Assembly (NCBI RefSeq): GCF_006345805.1
Contig: NC_042997.1
Span: 200,756,001 to 200,820,000, forward strand
Reading direction: 5' to 3'
Length of the DNA: 64,000 nt
Source: Octopus sinensis
Lineage: Eukaryota
Shown: positions 23,373 to 36,456 of the stretch, one piece after another
Layout of the letters: every line of letters begins with the position of its first letter
Position numbering within the stretch: position 1 is the stretch's first letter
The notes under the pieces: generated by a model
Database searches by the model: none
Told to the model about the DNA's origin: nothing
The model's input: the letters and a program-made list of their open reading frames with translations, nothing else
Position numbers and translations under genes: made by a program

Positions 23373-24062
23373 ACGCAGGAGTGGCTGTGTGGTAAGTACT
23401 TTGCTTACCAATCATATGGTTCCGGGTTCAGTCCCACTGTGTGGAATCTTGGGCAAGTGTCTTCTACTATAGCGTTGGGCCGACCAAAGCCTTGTGAGTG
23501 GATTGGTAGACGGAAACTGAAAGAAGCCCTTCGTATATATGTGTATATATATGTGTGTGTATGTGTATGTACGTGTGTGTGTGTGTGTACATACACACAC
23601 ATACACACACATACACACACACACATACACACACGTATATATATATATACACATATATACGACGGGCTTCTTTCAGTTCCCGTCTACCAATCCACTCACA
23701 AGGCTTTGGTCGGCCCAACGCTATAGTAGAAAACACTTGCCCAAGATTCCACACAGTGGGACTGAACCCGGAACCATATGATTGGTAAGCAAAGTACTTA
23801 CCACACAGCCACTCCTGCGTCTATTATGTACTTGGGAATTAATTGTATGTCTGTGTTTGTCCCCACCAACATCGTTGACAAGCGATGCTGGTGTGTTTAC
23901 GTCCCCGTAACTTAGCGGTTCAGCAAAAGAGACCGATAGAATAAGTACTAGGCTTACAAAGAATAAGTCCCAGGGTCGATTTGCTCGACTTAAGGCGGTG
24001 CTCCAGGATGGCCGCAGTCAAATGACTGAAGCAAGTAAAAGAGTAAGAGTAAAAAGAGTAAG
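23373..24062 (+). mobile_element. SINE family B (CORE-like) containing an internal inverted duplication
   Basis: Head gcaggagtggctgtgtggtaag, CORE-like ttgggcaagtgtctt, (TG/TA) tract, tail ..gactgaagcaagtaaaagagtaa. Confidence 0.88.
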
Positions 24063-24124
24063 TACATATTTGTAATTATGTGATTGGTCTTTTACATCTT
24101 TTCCATCTAATATAACACTAGTTT

Positions 24125-24525
24125 AAGGCGGTGAGCTGGCAGAAACGTTAGCACGCCAGGGGAAATGCGTAGTCGTATTTCGTCTGCTGTTACGTTCTGA
24201 GTTCAAATTCCGCTGAGGTCGACTTTGCCTTTCATCCTTTCGGGGTCGATTAAATAAGTACCGGTTACGCACTGGGGTCGATATAATCGACTTAATCCGT
24301 TTGTCTGTCTTTGTTTGTCCCCTCTGTGTTTAGCCCCTTGTGGGTAGTAAAGAAATAGGTATTTCGTCTGTCTTTACGTTCTGAGTTCAAATTCCACCGA
24401 AGTCGACTTTGTCTTTCATCCTTTCGGGGTCAATAAATTAAGTACCAGTTGCGTACTGGGGTCGATCTAATCGACTGACCTCCTCCCCCAAAATTTCGGA
24501 CCTTGTGCCTCGAGTAGAAAAGAAT
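24125..24525 (+). mobile_element. SINE family A with duplicated body
   Basis: Same organisation as 9547-9952. Confidence 0.9.
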
Positions 24526-24549
24526 ATCAACCATTCCAGCATCATAGAG

Positions 24550-25730
24550 AAATTAGAATTTTGTTTCTTCTTGGTCAAAATGATTATACTTTGTTATACG
24601 ATTTGCAATTAAGGCCTCGTATATTGCAATTAGGTTTGTGGCTAGGGCTTCACACTCCTTTAATCCAAGGGATTTAGATGACACAGCCAGATGTATGCAG
24701 CTCTTTTGGTAGATTATTAAATGGCTTTTGCTAGGCCTTTGCTTTATCTTTGATCTTTTACTTGTTGCTGTTACGAAACTGCTGCCATGCTGGGGCAACA
24801 CTGCCTTGAAGAATTTTGGTTGAATGAATCAATCCCAGTACTTTTTTCTCTGAATCTGGGTACTTATCTTATCGGTCATTTTAACCAAAAGTTAAAGGTC
24901 TATAATTTGTTGGTACCTTATATGTTCTTTGTTTTTATTTATTATTGTTACGTTTATGGTACCAAATCAGTTTCTATGATACCCCAAGACAGTTCAGTTA
25001 CTGCAATTGCAGATTTAAAACATCTACATGCTGAACCCTTTGCTGTCCATAACACTTCCCAAAATTCATCACTTTCTCTAATGATGCATTGATTTGTATT
25101 ATAATTATTTGTCTTGTTAATGACATAATCATTTTGTTTGGAATAGAACTACTTGTTTCGTTCTTAAAATCCACAATTCTTTGCAATTAATCCAGGAACT
25201 GTTGTTTCAGGCATGTTTTCATTTTTAAGTACCTCTTGTTTGTTTATATTAACATTTCTGATCTATTTACTTTTGGTTCTTTTGTTTTTTGGTTATATCA
25301 TTTTGTTATTAATTTCATTAAGGATCAAGAGAGTCTTTGCTCTCTTTTATATTCACTTTCATTTTCTAGTTTTTCTTTATTTCATTTTCCATCTTTGTTT
25401 CTTTTCTCTGATGACTGCCTGGCTTTTAATATTACTATATCAGAAAACAGAAAGCGTTGCTCTCTGTTTTCCATAAACACAATAGTTGCAGCATATATTA
25501 TATTGTTTCAGTGGATGATAATGATATATTCATATTTGTTTCCAAGTCCTCAGCCCCTTCCTTTGAGTTTCTCTATTGTTGTTGATACTTCATCATTGAG
25601 TTTTCAACTTGAGAGATACTTTCATTAAACCGCAGGAAGATCTATTGATTTTAATTCTGTAGTTATTTTCACCTTTAGATTATTTTCATATTTGTGATTT
25701 CCAGCTTTAGAATTTCCTATTCTTAAAAAT
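24550..25730 (-). mobile_element. Decayed R4/Dong-like N-terminal remnant with a SINE B tail fragment near 24.8 kb
   Basis: Minus strand gives VPTNYRPLT, DSLDP*(N)EI and QRIVDFKNE, resembling NYRPITC, ISILNE and QRIRRYEKR. Confidence 0.5.
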
Positions 25731-25843
25731 CTTATGGTTTCCTTTCTTTATATTTTGATGTTGTTCTGTTTAAGCCTTTTCTTTGTGGGTTTCTCTTGGT
25801 GAGGGGAGTTGCTAGAAATCCAGGAACAGAAACACAAAACCTG

Positions 25844-25917
<74 letters not shown>

Positions 25918-26394
25918 CCAGGTTAACACAGCAGATGGTCAAATACTGTTTAGTATTACTGCAATGGGAATATAGAAATACTGGAATGGGTGACTGAGTG
26001 ATCTGTTAAACCATTAGGAATGATGGATGCCTAGCTGTATTCAAAACATCAGTCTAAAAGAAGTGCAAGCAAAAATGTAAACCCCACACCATCTTGTGGC
26101 ACCACAGTGCCATTGACTGACTGCATTCTAAGAGTCAAATAGGGCCACTATCTTGGATAGCAGACGGCTTAAGAAATCAGAGCCAAAAGGTGATGTTGCA
26201 GATAGCTTCTTATCCAACTCTGCTAAGATTCTGAAAAGTCCTGCATCCACTCTCATTTCCAGTTGTCCTAAGCAAAGCATGTGTTGCCACTGAACCTAAA
26301 TGATTCTGAGCAAAAATGCATGGACGATGATACTTATGTTTTTCTCACTTCATACTAGATGCTAGTCTCTTGGAATCACAAACAGATGGCAGTC

Positions 26395-26625
26395 CTGGCA
26401 GAATCGTTAGCACGTCGGGCAAAATGCCGAGCGGTATTTCGTCTGCCGTTACGTTGTGTGTTCAATTTCCGCCGAGGTCGACTTTACCTTTCATCCTTTC
26501 GGGGTCGATAAATTAAGTACCAGTTACGCACTGGGGGGGGGGATCGATGTAATCGACTTAATCCGTCTGTCTGTCCTTGTTTGTCCCCTCTGTGTGTAGC
26601 CCCTTGTGAGCAGTAAAGAAATAAG
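26395..26625 (+). mobile_element. SINE family A
   Basis: ctggcagaatcgttagcacg head and shared body. Confidence 0.88.
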
Positions 26626-26679
26626 TATTACATGTTTCTGAATCAATGAAATACTATCACTACCTACAGGGCGTGTAGC

Positions 26680-28070
26680 ACAGTTGGAAGTAGTCACAAT
26701 TCTTTAGTCCTTCTTATCACTGCACCTCAAGTTGTGGTGACATATCTTTTGCTACTCATAAATCTTTGTGGGGTGGGGGCACTATCAGAACAATTGGGGG
26801 GGGGGGTCACTATCAGAACAATTTTCTTTATCTTCCTGTAAATGTGGATCGCTACATTTATGAAAGTATCATCGTTTCTTAATCCATAAGGTCTTTTCTT
26901 GTATTTGTTTATACCACCACTTTTCTGTTGGGACTTCAAAATGGTGGCCGAACATAAAGCATTTATATTTCTCCTCTATATTCTACTTCTTCACTTGCAT
27001 TCGATAATTTCTGGTAAGGAGGTTTTGATCATCTGCTGCATCTAAGAACTTTACTGTCTCAGCCTTGAGCTTAACACTTCTCAAACACTGTTGAGATTTT
27101 TCTTTTTCTACTTCCACCCTTGTTCAGAAAAGGGATTTATCTGTCACCGATTTAGTTGTTCATTTTATGGCTCCATTTTTATTTCGTTTTCAGCTTTTCT
27201 GCAACTTCCTTTGTTGTTTCTCTTTACACCTCATAACTGTCTGTTGTTTCCCCCTCTGGTTTGTATTTGTTTACTTCATTAAAGAAAAATACTGTTCTTT
27301 TGTGTTGCTATTTGAATGAGTTTTCCATTATCATTTTACACAACGTTTTAGTCTGCTCTAAATATGTTATGTAAACTTTCCAGTTGCTTAAGGCCACTAA
27401 CTCCTTGTATTTGTGGGAAACATTTTTTCTATCAGTTTTTCAATGGCATATTCTAAACATAATCATTATATTATCTCATTTTTCTGTCTAGTCAAGCAAG
27501 TTTATTTTGCATTCATTTCAGAATGCTATAGCTATAAGTTATTACTGAGTCAGCAAAAGCAGTGATATTTATTAATATCATTTTTTGCTTGCTTCTAGTT
27601 CTGCATTAAATATTCATGTATTTCATTTATAACGTCTTCCAAAAATTGTCTTTTATTTGTGTATTGTTGTATTATGTCTTCTTCATCGATTCCTAAGTTT
27701 TGTAAGTCTGTGTTCAGTTTAATTCCTTTCTTTCTTTTTATCTAGCATGACACTAGTATTATTTTCTTTCCTCTTTGAAGATTTGTTTGGCATATTATTT
27801 CTAATCTGAAATTCATATCTTTTCTTCTAGTTAATCCATGAACTGTCTGCAGCAGTGTTTCTAGTTCTGCATCATCTGCAATATATAACTTAAGGTCATC
27901 CATATACATAATAAATTTGATTGTCTTCTCATAGCATTTTTACCTGAGACTAGTCCAGTTTAACATGTTCATTAAAGGTGTTAGAATCAAGAAGGAAAGT
28001 GGGTAAAAAGAGTCAGCCTTTAAAATATTCTGCATTTAATGAGGAACAAGTTACAATTGTAACTTCCGCT
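26680..28070 (-). mobile_element. Decayed R4/Dong copy related to the 52-kb family
   Basis: Minus strand YMDDLKLYIADDAELETLLQTVHGL and EKSQQCLRSVKLKAETVKFLDAADDQNLLTRNY. Confidence 0.75.
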
Positions 28071-28559
28071 TTTGTCACTATCTTTAGAACATTTACCATA
28101 TAATTATGACATGTTCAAAATATCTGCTTATTCATGGTACTACCTTAGTTGTGGCAAATTCTTGATGCCCCTAACTGTAAAGCTTTGTGATACTGTAAAA
28201 CTTTGTGATAACCAATCCATGCCGTGCCCACTTCCAACTTTATTAATTTGTGATTGATCTTCACAATTATATATGATTTTTGCAGGAAGCAGGTTGCAGG
28301 TTGCTTTCCTTCAACTTGTGTACCTTTCTTTGTGTTATTACTGAAGTTAGAGGCAAAAAGCAGAATTATATAAATTTTTCAAGGGTTTTCTTTTTCTTTG
28401 AGATTAGAGATTAAGGTAGTTTTTTATCTCAATGAATCAAGATGATGATTTTGCAGAATTGTCAAAGCTTATAACAAAATACTTGGCACATTTCCCCAAC
28501 TTTGAGTTCAGTTCTCACTGTATACACCTTTGCCTTTCATTCTTTCAACAGGCTTCTTT

Positions 28560-29015
28560 CAGTTTCCATCTTCCAAATTCACTAACAATGCTCTCGTTGG
28601 CCCAGGACTATTATATAAGACACCTGCCCAAAGTGCCATACAGTTGGACTGAATTAGAAACAGGTGATTGAAAGTAAACCTCCCCTCCACCCACCCACAC
28701 CTACATGAAATAAAAATTAATATAAAAAGCATTTGCTTGTATACAGTTATTCATTCTTTTCTTTTTCTTTTACTCTTTTACTTGCTTCAGTCATTTGACT
28801 GCGGCCATGCTGGAGCACCGCCTTTAGTCGAACAAAACGATCCCAGGACTTATTCTTTGTTAGCCTAGTACTTATTCTATCTGTCTCTTTTGCCGAACTG
28901 CTAAGTTACAGGGACGTAAACACACCAGCATCGGTTGTCAAGCGATGTTGGGGGACAAACACGCACACACACACATACACACAAATACACACAAACACAC
29001 ACACACACACGCACT

Positions 29016-29061
<46 letters not shown>

Positions 29062-29070
29062 CGACGGGCT
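28560..29070 (-). mobile_element. SINE family B pieces (head ~28560-28680, tail ~28755-29070)
   Basis: cagtcatttgactgcggccatgctggagcaccgcc tail; aagacacctgcccaaagtgcc head. Confidence 0.8.
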
Positions 29071-29077
29071 TCTTTCG

Positions 29078-29440
29078 ACCCCAGTGCGTAACTGTACTTA
29101 TTTAATCGACCCCAAAAAGATGAAAGGCAAAGTCGACCTCGGCGGAATTTGAACTCAGAACGTAGCGGCAGACGAAATACCGCTGAGCATTTCACCCGGC
29201 GTACTAACGTTTCTGCCAGCTCGCCACCTTACAGTAAGAAAAATATTCTTTTCTACTCTAGGCACAAGGCCCGAAATTTTTGGAGAGGGGGCCAGTCAAT
29301 TAGATCGACTTCAGTATGCAACTAGTACTTAATTTATTGACCCCCGAAATGATGAAAGGCAAAGTCAACCTCAGTGGAATTTGAACTTAGAATGTAAAGA
29401 CAGACGAAATATCGTTAAGAATTTCGCTTGGCATGCTTGC
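29078..29440 (-). mobile_element. Two adjacent SINE family A copies
   Basis: gaaaggcaaagtcgacctcggcggaatttgaactcagaacg occurs twice. Confidence 0.85.
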
Positions 29441-30279
29441 TGTCTTACAGTAACAAAAATATTGAAAAATCATTGTAAGACTGTTCGATTAGACTTCATA
29501 TTTTTAGTTAAAACTCCTTTTCAAAATCTTCAAAAAGCGAGAAAGAGATATGAACTATCTGTCGATTTCGTTGGTTTGTCTAATCCTGAATTAACTTCAA
29601 AGGATAACAATGTAACGATATTTATAAACATTATACTTGAGACAGTAAAGAGTAAAAGCCTTGCTGAAGGGTTTTGAAACACTTCACAAATAAACAATCA
29701 CTCTGTCACGATTGAGAAATAGTTCAAGTCCTGTCAATGGGTCTCTTGTGTTTTACCATCTTAAATCAATGCATATGAATTACAAACACCATAAGGATTT
29801 ATAATTTCTAAATAGTGGCGTTATTCTCCTTTGATGTTACCGCTACTGGCAGAAAATTTCATGCAGTTCTGTGAACCACTATACAACATAACAGAAATGG
29901 AAGACACTGTCTTTATACAACAGTTCAGTTTTATGTAATGTCACTAACATTAAGGACTGGCGTCCTCAGACGGCCCTAAACAGACTTTGTTTACGATGTG
30001 CCAATGTAACTGTTTTCAAGGCCTACAATTTTAGGGGAGAGAGAAGTTGATTATATTGACCCAAGTACTTGCTTGGTACTTTAACTTATAGACCCTGAGA
30101 GGCTGAAAGGGCAAGTCAGCCTCAGCCAGTGGCGGACTGGCCAGGTTGCCAGCTTGCCCAAAGGCAAGTGGGCTCCTGTGCCATTAGAATCCACATATAT
30201 GGGATCTCATGTTAGTATCTAAGGGGCCCATCCTCTTAAGTTTGAGAATTTTTTTATTCACCCCTGGAAGAATGCATGA

Positions 30280-30437
30280 ATTATTTCATTATTTACATTA
30301 TTTACATTTGACGGGTATTTGTCCTCATCTTGTTTGTTGTTAACACAACATTTTGGCTGTAACACCCTCCAGCCTTCTTCAGGTATCTTGGGGAAATTTC
30401 GAATCTGGGTTCTCATTCCTAAGGTATATTTTGATAT
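30280..30437 (-). mobile_element. Family-1 tail with a degenerate hammerhead (30342-30387)
   Basis: Minus strand gatac ctgaaga a ggctg..cagcc aaaat gtt gtgtt. Confidence 0.8.
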
Positions 30438-30465
30438 CATTATTATTATTATTATTATTATTATT

Positions 30466-31018
30466 GAGTGAGAGAGCAGTTCATGCCATCAAAGTGACAC
30501 TGGGGTAAAATATGCAAAGCCCAGTATACCCATCATGACTACCCATCTGGTAAGGGTACACTAGGCACATGAATCACAACCATATGTGCACGACATGGTG
30601 ATCTATAACAAGATAAACAGTGCATGAACTTGCGGGTGGGGCCCAGTTAGAATTTTCTTCTGGTTGGGTAACCCATCCCACTCAAAAGGTCCCTGATTAA
30701 GGGTTGTTTAAGGATGTTGAACGAACCACCTATGTTTCCAAAGGTGAATTATTCAAACCCCAAAGAATCCCTCTCAACACACGGCTATGATACTCCCGAG
30801 CTACTGCTCATGATCAGAGATGCTCATATCGTCAGCCACTAAGGGACATGCTGAACTGGTTAAGGTCGAACAACTGACAAGCAAATCTGTGGTATTGAGC
30901 AGAATATTTGTTGTAGCCCATTTTTTTATACCAAGACAAAACAATGTACATGATAGCACTTCCAGTCAGTTAAGATCAGAAGCCATGAGAGCCGCTGCTT
31001 GGTACTGCATCAGGGCAT

Positions 31019-31019
<1 letters not shown>
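30466..31019 (-). mobile_element. Full copy of the ~560-bp AAT-flanked element
   Basis: Reverse complement of 58391-58948; (ATT)n on both sides. Confidence 0.9.
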
Positions 31020-31083
<64 letters not shown>

Positions 31084-31089
<6 letters not shown>

Positions 31090-31290
31090 TCACTGCCTGG
31101 AATGGAACTCAGAATCTTGGGGTTAGTAACCCATGCTCTTAACCCAGGTTTGAAATTTCCCCAAGTCACCTGATGAAACGTTATATTAACAAAACGTTGT
31201 ATTAACAACAAACAAGATGAGGACAAATATCCATCAAATGTAAATAATGTAAATAATGTACATAATTCCTCATCTCTTAAGTATAGAACT
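31084..31290. mobile_element. Family-1 tRNA-like head (minus, 31084-31144) fused to a plus-strand tail (31141-31290)
   Basis: Minus strand ggttaagagcatgggttactaaccccaagattctgagttccattccaggcagtgacctgaa; the tail lacks helix II. Confidence 0.8.
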
Positions 31291-32429
31291 GGCTGTGCTT
31301 GTAGACAGTTGAAAAGAATACTTTTAACAAAGAAAGAATTAAATGATAGTATTGTAATTGTGAGTGGGCCCCCTTGTAGTTGCAGCTGGGCCCGCTTGTA
31401 GTTGTGGGTGGGCCCCTTAGTCTCCTGGCAACCAATATTTTTAAACCGAGTCTGCCACTGGCCTCAGCAGAAACTGAACTCAGTGTCTAAAGAGCTGGAG
31501 GACATACAACGAGGCATTTTTCTGATGTGGTAACAAGAGAGAGCAAAAGAGGGAAGTAAAAAGGAAAGAAGAAATTCCTGTAATATCTAAAGATGGATAG
31601 AGACCAACAAAAACGGTATTTTAAAGGTGTGAGTCTTGAAATTACTTTCTCGTTTACATGATATTCCATTGTCATCGTTATATATTTAATTAAATGGGTG
31701 TCTCCGGTTATAAGCTAAATACAGTATTCATAGTTCAGTTTTTGTTTTCATGCTCTATTTCTAATTCCATAATAGCATTTCAAGTTCATTGATGCAATTC
31801 TTTTTGGACAGACCCTCAGCTTAGCTTTTCATTTCTGAGCTGAATCTGTTACAATCAGCTACATTAACATTTCAAACCTTGGAAACACAATGAGCCGTAG
31901 CCTACAATACCTACAGATAATCTACAATAAGTAATGAAAGAGTTCTCTTTATTGCATGTCAAATATTAAAGTGTCTTCATATAATTTCATGGGAAGATTT
32001 ACATGGTAAAATGGTAAATTTAAAACACTGATGTTGACAGTAGAGGAGAACGTGACACGAAATTTAATGAGTTTTCTGCCATCAATCATTCTATAAAAGG
32101 ACCACAATTTTTATATATATTATATGCCTTCAATTAAAACTTTCATTTTCCGTAGAGAAGATTAATTACTGCTAAGCAACTGACATTTGTATTCATCAAA
32201 GTTGTGTGGCGCTACCAAGAGATTAATGTAGGTTATAGGGAAATGATATTACTAAGTCCATCAAAACTCTGCAGCCCCTTACGACCAAATGACTCTCATT
32301 TCCTCATCTGTTCACATTCATGAAAAATAGGTTGAAAAGATGTGACAGAAAATTAAAAGCAGTATTCATCAATGCATTTTCAAATACGAGGCTTCCATTG
32401 TTACAGATTCCAAAATTATCAATTAAGTG

Positions 32430-33823
32430 GTTGACAAGTGAATTTAGCAGAGAGAGAGTGAGAGAGAGAGGGGGAGAGAGAGGGGGAGAGAGAGAGAATG
32501 AACGAGTAGTGGTGGTGAGAACTTTATCTCAAGACTACAAGTCACAGAGGCAAAGAAAAAATAACTCGTATAATAGAGCTGATATCATAATGGTTATTCT
32601 TCATCACTATTTTGATGATGATGATGATGATGATGATGGTGATGATGACGATGACGATGACGATGATGATGATGATGATGATGAGCTTCATCAGCTTCAT
32701 GCTCATCGCAGTCATCATCATCATTAAATTCCTCCTCCAAAACATTGTCATCATCATCATCGTAGTCGTTGTCGTCGTCATCAGCATAATCATCATCGTC
32801 GTCGTCGCCGTCGTCGTCGTCTTCATCATCATCACCATCAACGTCGTTTTCGTCACCACCACCACTATCATCATAATCACTATTAGCTACAACAATAACA
32901 GCCTATGTCTGAGGTTGATGTTGCTGCTGTTGTTGTTAAGCAACGAGACGGGTAAGGGTGATTAGGCGATGGTCTAGGGCTTAGGGGCGGGAGACCCCAG
33001 ACCTTGGGAAAAAAAAACTTTGGTCGTCTTGTTTTAGTTGAGGCCTCTTCGTTGACACCACTGGAAGGTGGCCCTCGAAGTCGCTGTAAATGGAGATCTC
33101 CAGGTCCAAATTCTTGGACGGCTGCTGCTGCTGCTGCTGTTCTCCCCTAGTCCGAGCTGATGAAGTAAACGAATGACGAAAGCTATTTGAGCCTTGAGCA
33201 TTTTAGCCTTCTTAATGTCCATCAACACTGCCTACCCTTCCTTTGTTGTGGAGATGCTTTAGCCTTTCTTATTACAAGGCAACCTCACTAATGCTGGTGC
33301 CACAGACAAAAACATAAAAAGAGAAAAAAAATCCAGGTTCACTGTGTAAAGTGGATGATGTTAGGAAGAGGCATCCAGTCACAGAAAGCAAATTTAAACT
33401 GAAATATTGGAGCACGATGTGGTCCTCTCTACTTAACCATCTGACCCATGCTGGCATGACATCTAGAAGTAAAACGATGATGATGGTGATGGTGTTAGTG
33501 ATGGTGACATCAACATCAAAGATGATGATGATGATGACGATGATGTTGATGATGATGATGATGATGGTGATGTTGATGGTGATGGTGACATCAACAACAT
33601 CAAAAATGATGATTGATGATGACGATGATGTTGATGATGACATCAACAACATCAAAGATGATGATGATGATGATGATGATAAAGATGATGGTGATAATGG
33701 TGGTGACGTCAGCCACATTAAAGATGCTGCTGCTGATGATGATGATATGAAGAGTGAGAAAGAGAGAGCATTCCACAGAAACTATCAAAGGCTTTTCTGA
33801 CATCCAATAGTGAAGAGTATGTA

Positions 33824-33860
<37 letters not shown>
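32430..33860. repeat. Compound (GA)n/(GAT)n/(CAT)n low-complexity block
   Basis: Directly visible; includes a LINE 3' UTR fragment at ~33330-33480. Confidence 0.9.
32925..33125 (-). repeat. ~200-bp dispersed repeat ending in (AAC)n
   Basis: Reverse complement of 45958-46168. Confidence 0.8.
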
Positions 33861-34411
33861 CTGTACTTTGTAAAAGCTTTTTAAAGACATTTCTTTTATT
33901 CTGCTATTTACATGAACCAAATATGAAGTTGCTATACTTATGGCAAGGACTCGTACATGTAATTGCTTCTATACATAGAAGACGCAGAGGGTGACACTAT
34001 AAATATTTGAACATCTCTTGAAATATACAGAATATACCATAATTCTTTTATAACAATCAGAATAGGACATTTTTGGCTTTATATTTTGCATATTATGGCA
34101 AATAATTTTTGCAGTTTCAGATATTTTGAGAAAAAATACCAGTCTTTTTTTCATTCCAAATACTTTTTAATTACTTAAAAAATGTTCGCCATTTTGATCT
34201 AGTTACTGCTAAGTTGGATAATTTATATATCTGTAGCAATCCAAAATAAATCATTTGACGATAAGCACTGAAAAATGACTTTGCATCAAAACTAAAAATA
34301 AGATTTTACACAGATTTGATAGATTTCACTCTGTATGGTGTGTTATATAATTTTCCTCATACAGTTATCGTCAAAACTACACCACAAAATGGATTCCTCT
34401 AGTTACTGATA

Positions 34412-34844
34412 AATATATATATAAAGCTAAAGTTGTCTGTGTATGGCAGGTTTGGTAGCCTTCAACAAACACTATCTCCTCCGAGACCCTGCGGTGCAAG
34501 TTGACCAAAATTGAGAGTATGATAGAAGAAGGCTTGCTCTTCCTTCTGTAGAAGAAAAATTCAAATCGGACCATTTTATTTACATCAAAATTATTTACAA
34601 AATTTACGAAATTATTTACAAAATTTACAAAATTATTTACATCAAAAAGGTGCTTTTTTTCTATGAAAATCCCTAGCTTTTACAGTTTTTTTACTGCTGT
34701 GTCGCCATTTTTCGGTGTAGTTCAACCAGAAAAATGTTCACTTAAAGAGAATAACATGCTACATAATGCAAAATTTTTACTTTTCAAAAATTCCAATTTT
34801 AAAGGGTTGAAACAAACCCAAGCAACGCTAGGCGATACTGCTAG
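34412..34844 (+). mobile_element. Non-autonomous Helitron related to 9978-10486
   Basis: tatatatataaa start; 3' end acaaacccaagcaacgctaggcgatactgctag|t nearly identical to the first copy. Confidence 0.75.
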
Positions 34845-35059
34845 TATAAATATATTTATGCTTCCGATTTCAAATGAGCAGAGACACAGCTCTTTGAAAT
34901 TGTGACTCTACAGTTGTCTGACTTGTGTGTTTTCACAGTAAAGACTGTATGCACCAAGTTGATTTAGATGAAGGCTATAAACAGATTCGGTTGTACATAG
35001 GGTAAATGTGTTTGAAAGTTGTGGTTTCTTTGATATGTTTGTTCCCAAGCAAAACTTAA

Positions 35060-35545
35060 TTTAGTGCTGTTGACACTGCTGGATTGAATGGTACTGTGCA
35101 GGTGTTGAAACCATAATGATATCTGTGGGGCAGCTGATGATGGAGGTATATTGGATTGTTGGTGTAGCTGTTTTGTATGTGTGGAATAGTATTATAACAC
35201 ATCGTTTTGAAATAAGTATTATATGTGGATGGATGGAGTGAGGAAAGCTTTGGTGGTCAGAGGTGTTGGAGTGAGAGAGGCAAGAGAGTTTATAAATGAT
35301 AGCAAAGCTTAGAGCGTGTTTGTGGATGGAAGAGTGAATTTGATGTTGCTCAAAGGGGTATGGAACCAGCATGATGCGGTGGGGGAAAAGCAGCATATGC
35401 TGTCGGGTCCCAATGCTATATTGGAGGTTGCATTTTATGCCTTGACTCGAGCATAGAACAGGGCTCGTCTTTTTGAGCTGGGAAGTGAATGGAATGCGTG
35501 GTGTGTGTCTTGTTGTGGCTAACCCCACCTAAAAAACTGGGTAAT
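35060..35545 (+). mobile_element. Second RTE-like LINE 3' fragment
   Basis: 35225-35530 is similar to 7115-7420. Confidence 0.8.
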
Positions 35546-35599
35546 AGGCTTGGGTATATAAAAAAATACATTTACATACACACAAACACACAGCAAGCA

Positions 35600-36010
35600 T
35601 TTGTGTATATGTGTGTGTGTGTCTGTGTGTGTATTCATTTATTCTTTTATTTGTTTCAGTCATTTGACTGTGGCCATGCTGGAACACTACCTTTAATCAA
35701 GCAAATTGGCCCTAGGACTTATTCTTTGGAAGCCTAGTTCTTATACTAAGTCTTGTTTGCCGAACTGTTAGGTTACAGGGATGTAAACACACCATCATCG
35801 GTTGTCAAGCAATGTTTGGGGGGGACAAACACAGACACACAAATATATATATATGTTTATATATATATATATATACAACGGGCTTCTTTCAGTTTCCATC
35901 TACCAAATCCACTCACAATTTGGTCAGCACAAGGCTTTTAGTAGAAGACACTTGCCCAAGGTGCCATGCAGTGGGACTGAACCAGGAACCATGTGGCTGG
36001 TAAGCAAGCT
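35600..36010 (-). mobile_element. SINE family B
   Basis: Tail and head motifs as in the other B copies. Confidence 0.85.
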
Positions 36011-36402
36011 AGTACCAGCATTGCTAGAAATAATAGTCAAATGACTCAGAAACCATAGTTATCACTTATACACACTGGTGAATTCAAGGAAAGAGTAATT
36101 TGAAAAGCCAACTTACCAATAATGAGTAAAATCGCAAATGATTTTGCAGATGTACTCATATCACGTGGTTTCGACCTCTGTGATAAACACTTATTTCTCA
36201 TCAGTTAGTATTGCTGCAGAGGGCTAAGGATACTTGCATCACCATCTGTGTATTGACCATTTGAATGCAGCAGCAAATTCAAAAATAATTGAAGTGTATA
36301 AAATTATAAAAATATATGAAGATATTATTATTAATAATTAATAATAATAATAATAATATAATAATAATAATAATAATAATAATGATAATAATAATAATAA
36401 TG

Positions 36403-36456
<54 letters not shown>

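Larger units (their letters stand above)
30127..31460. mobile_element. hAT-type non-autonomous DNA transposon inserted in a SINE A, carrying nested insertions
   Basis: TIRs cagtggcggact / agtctgccactg; exact 8-bp TSD gcctcagc at 30119-30126 and 31461-31468. Confidence 0.88.

Noticed and set aside
31084-31144. tRNA gene
   Set aside because: It lacks the 5' acceptor strand and is embedded in a dispersed repeat, so it is treated as a SINE-like head.
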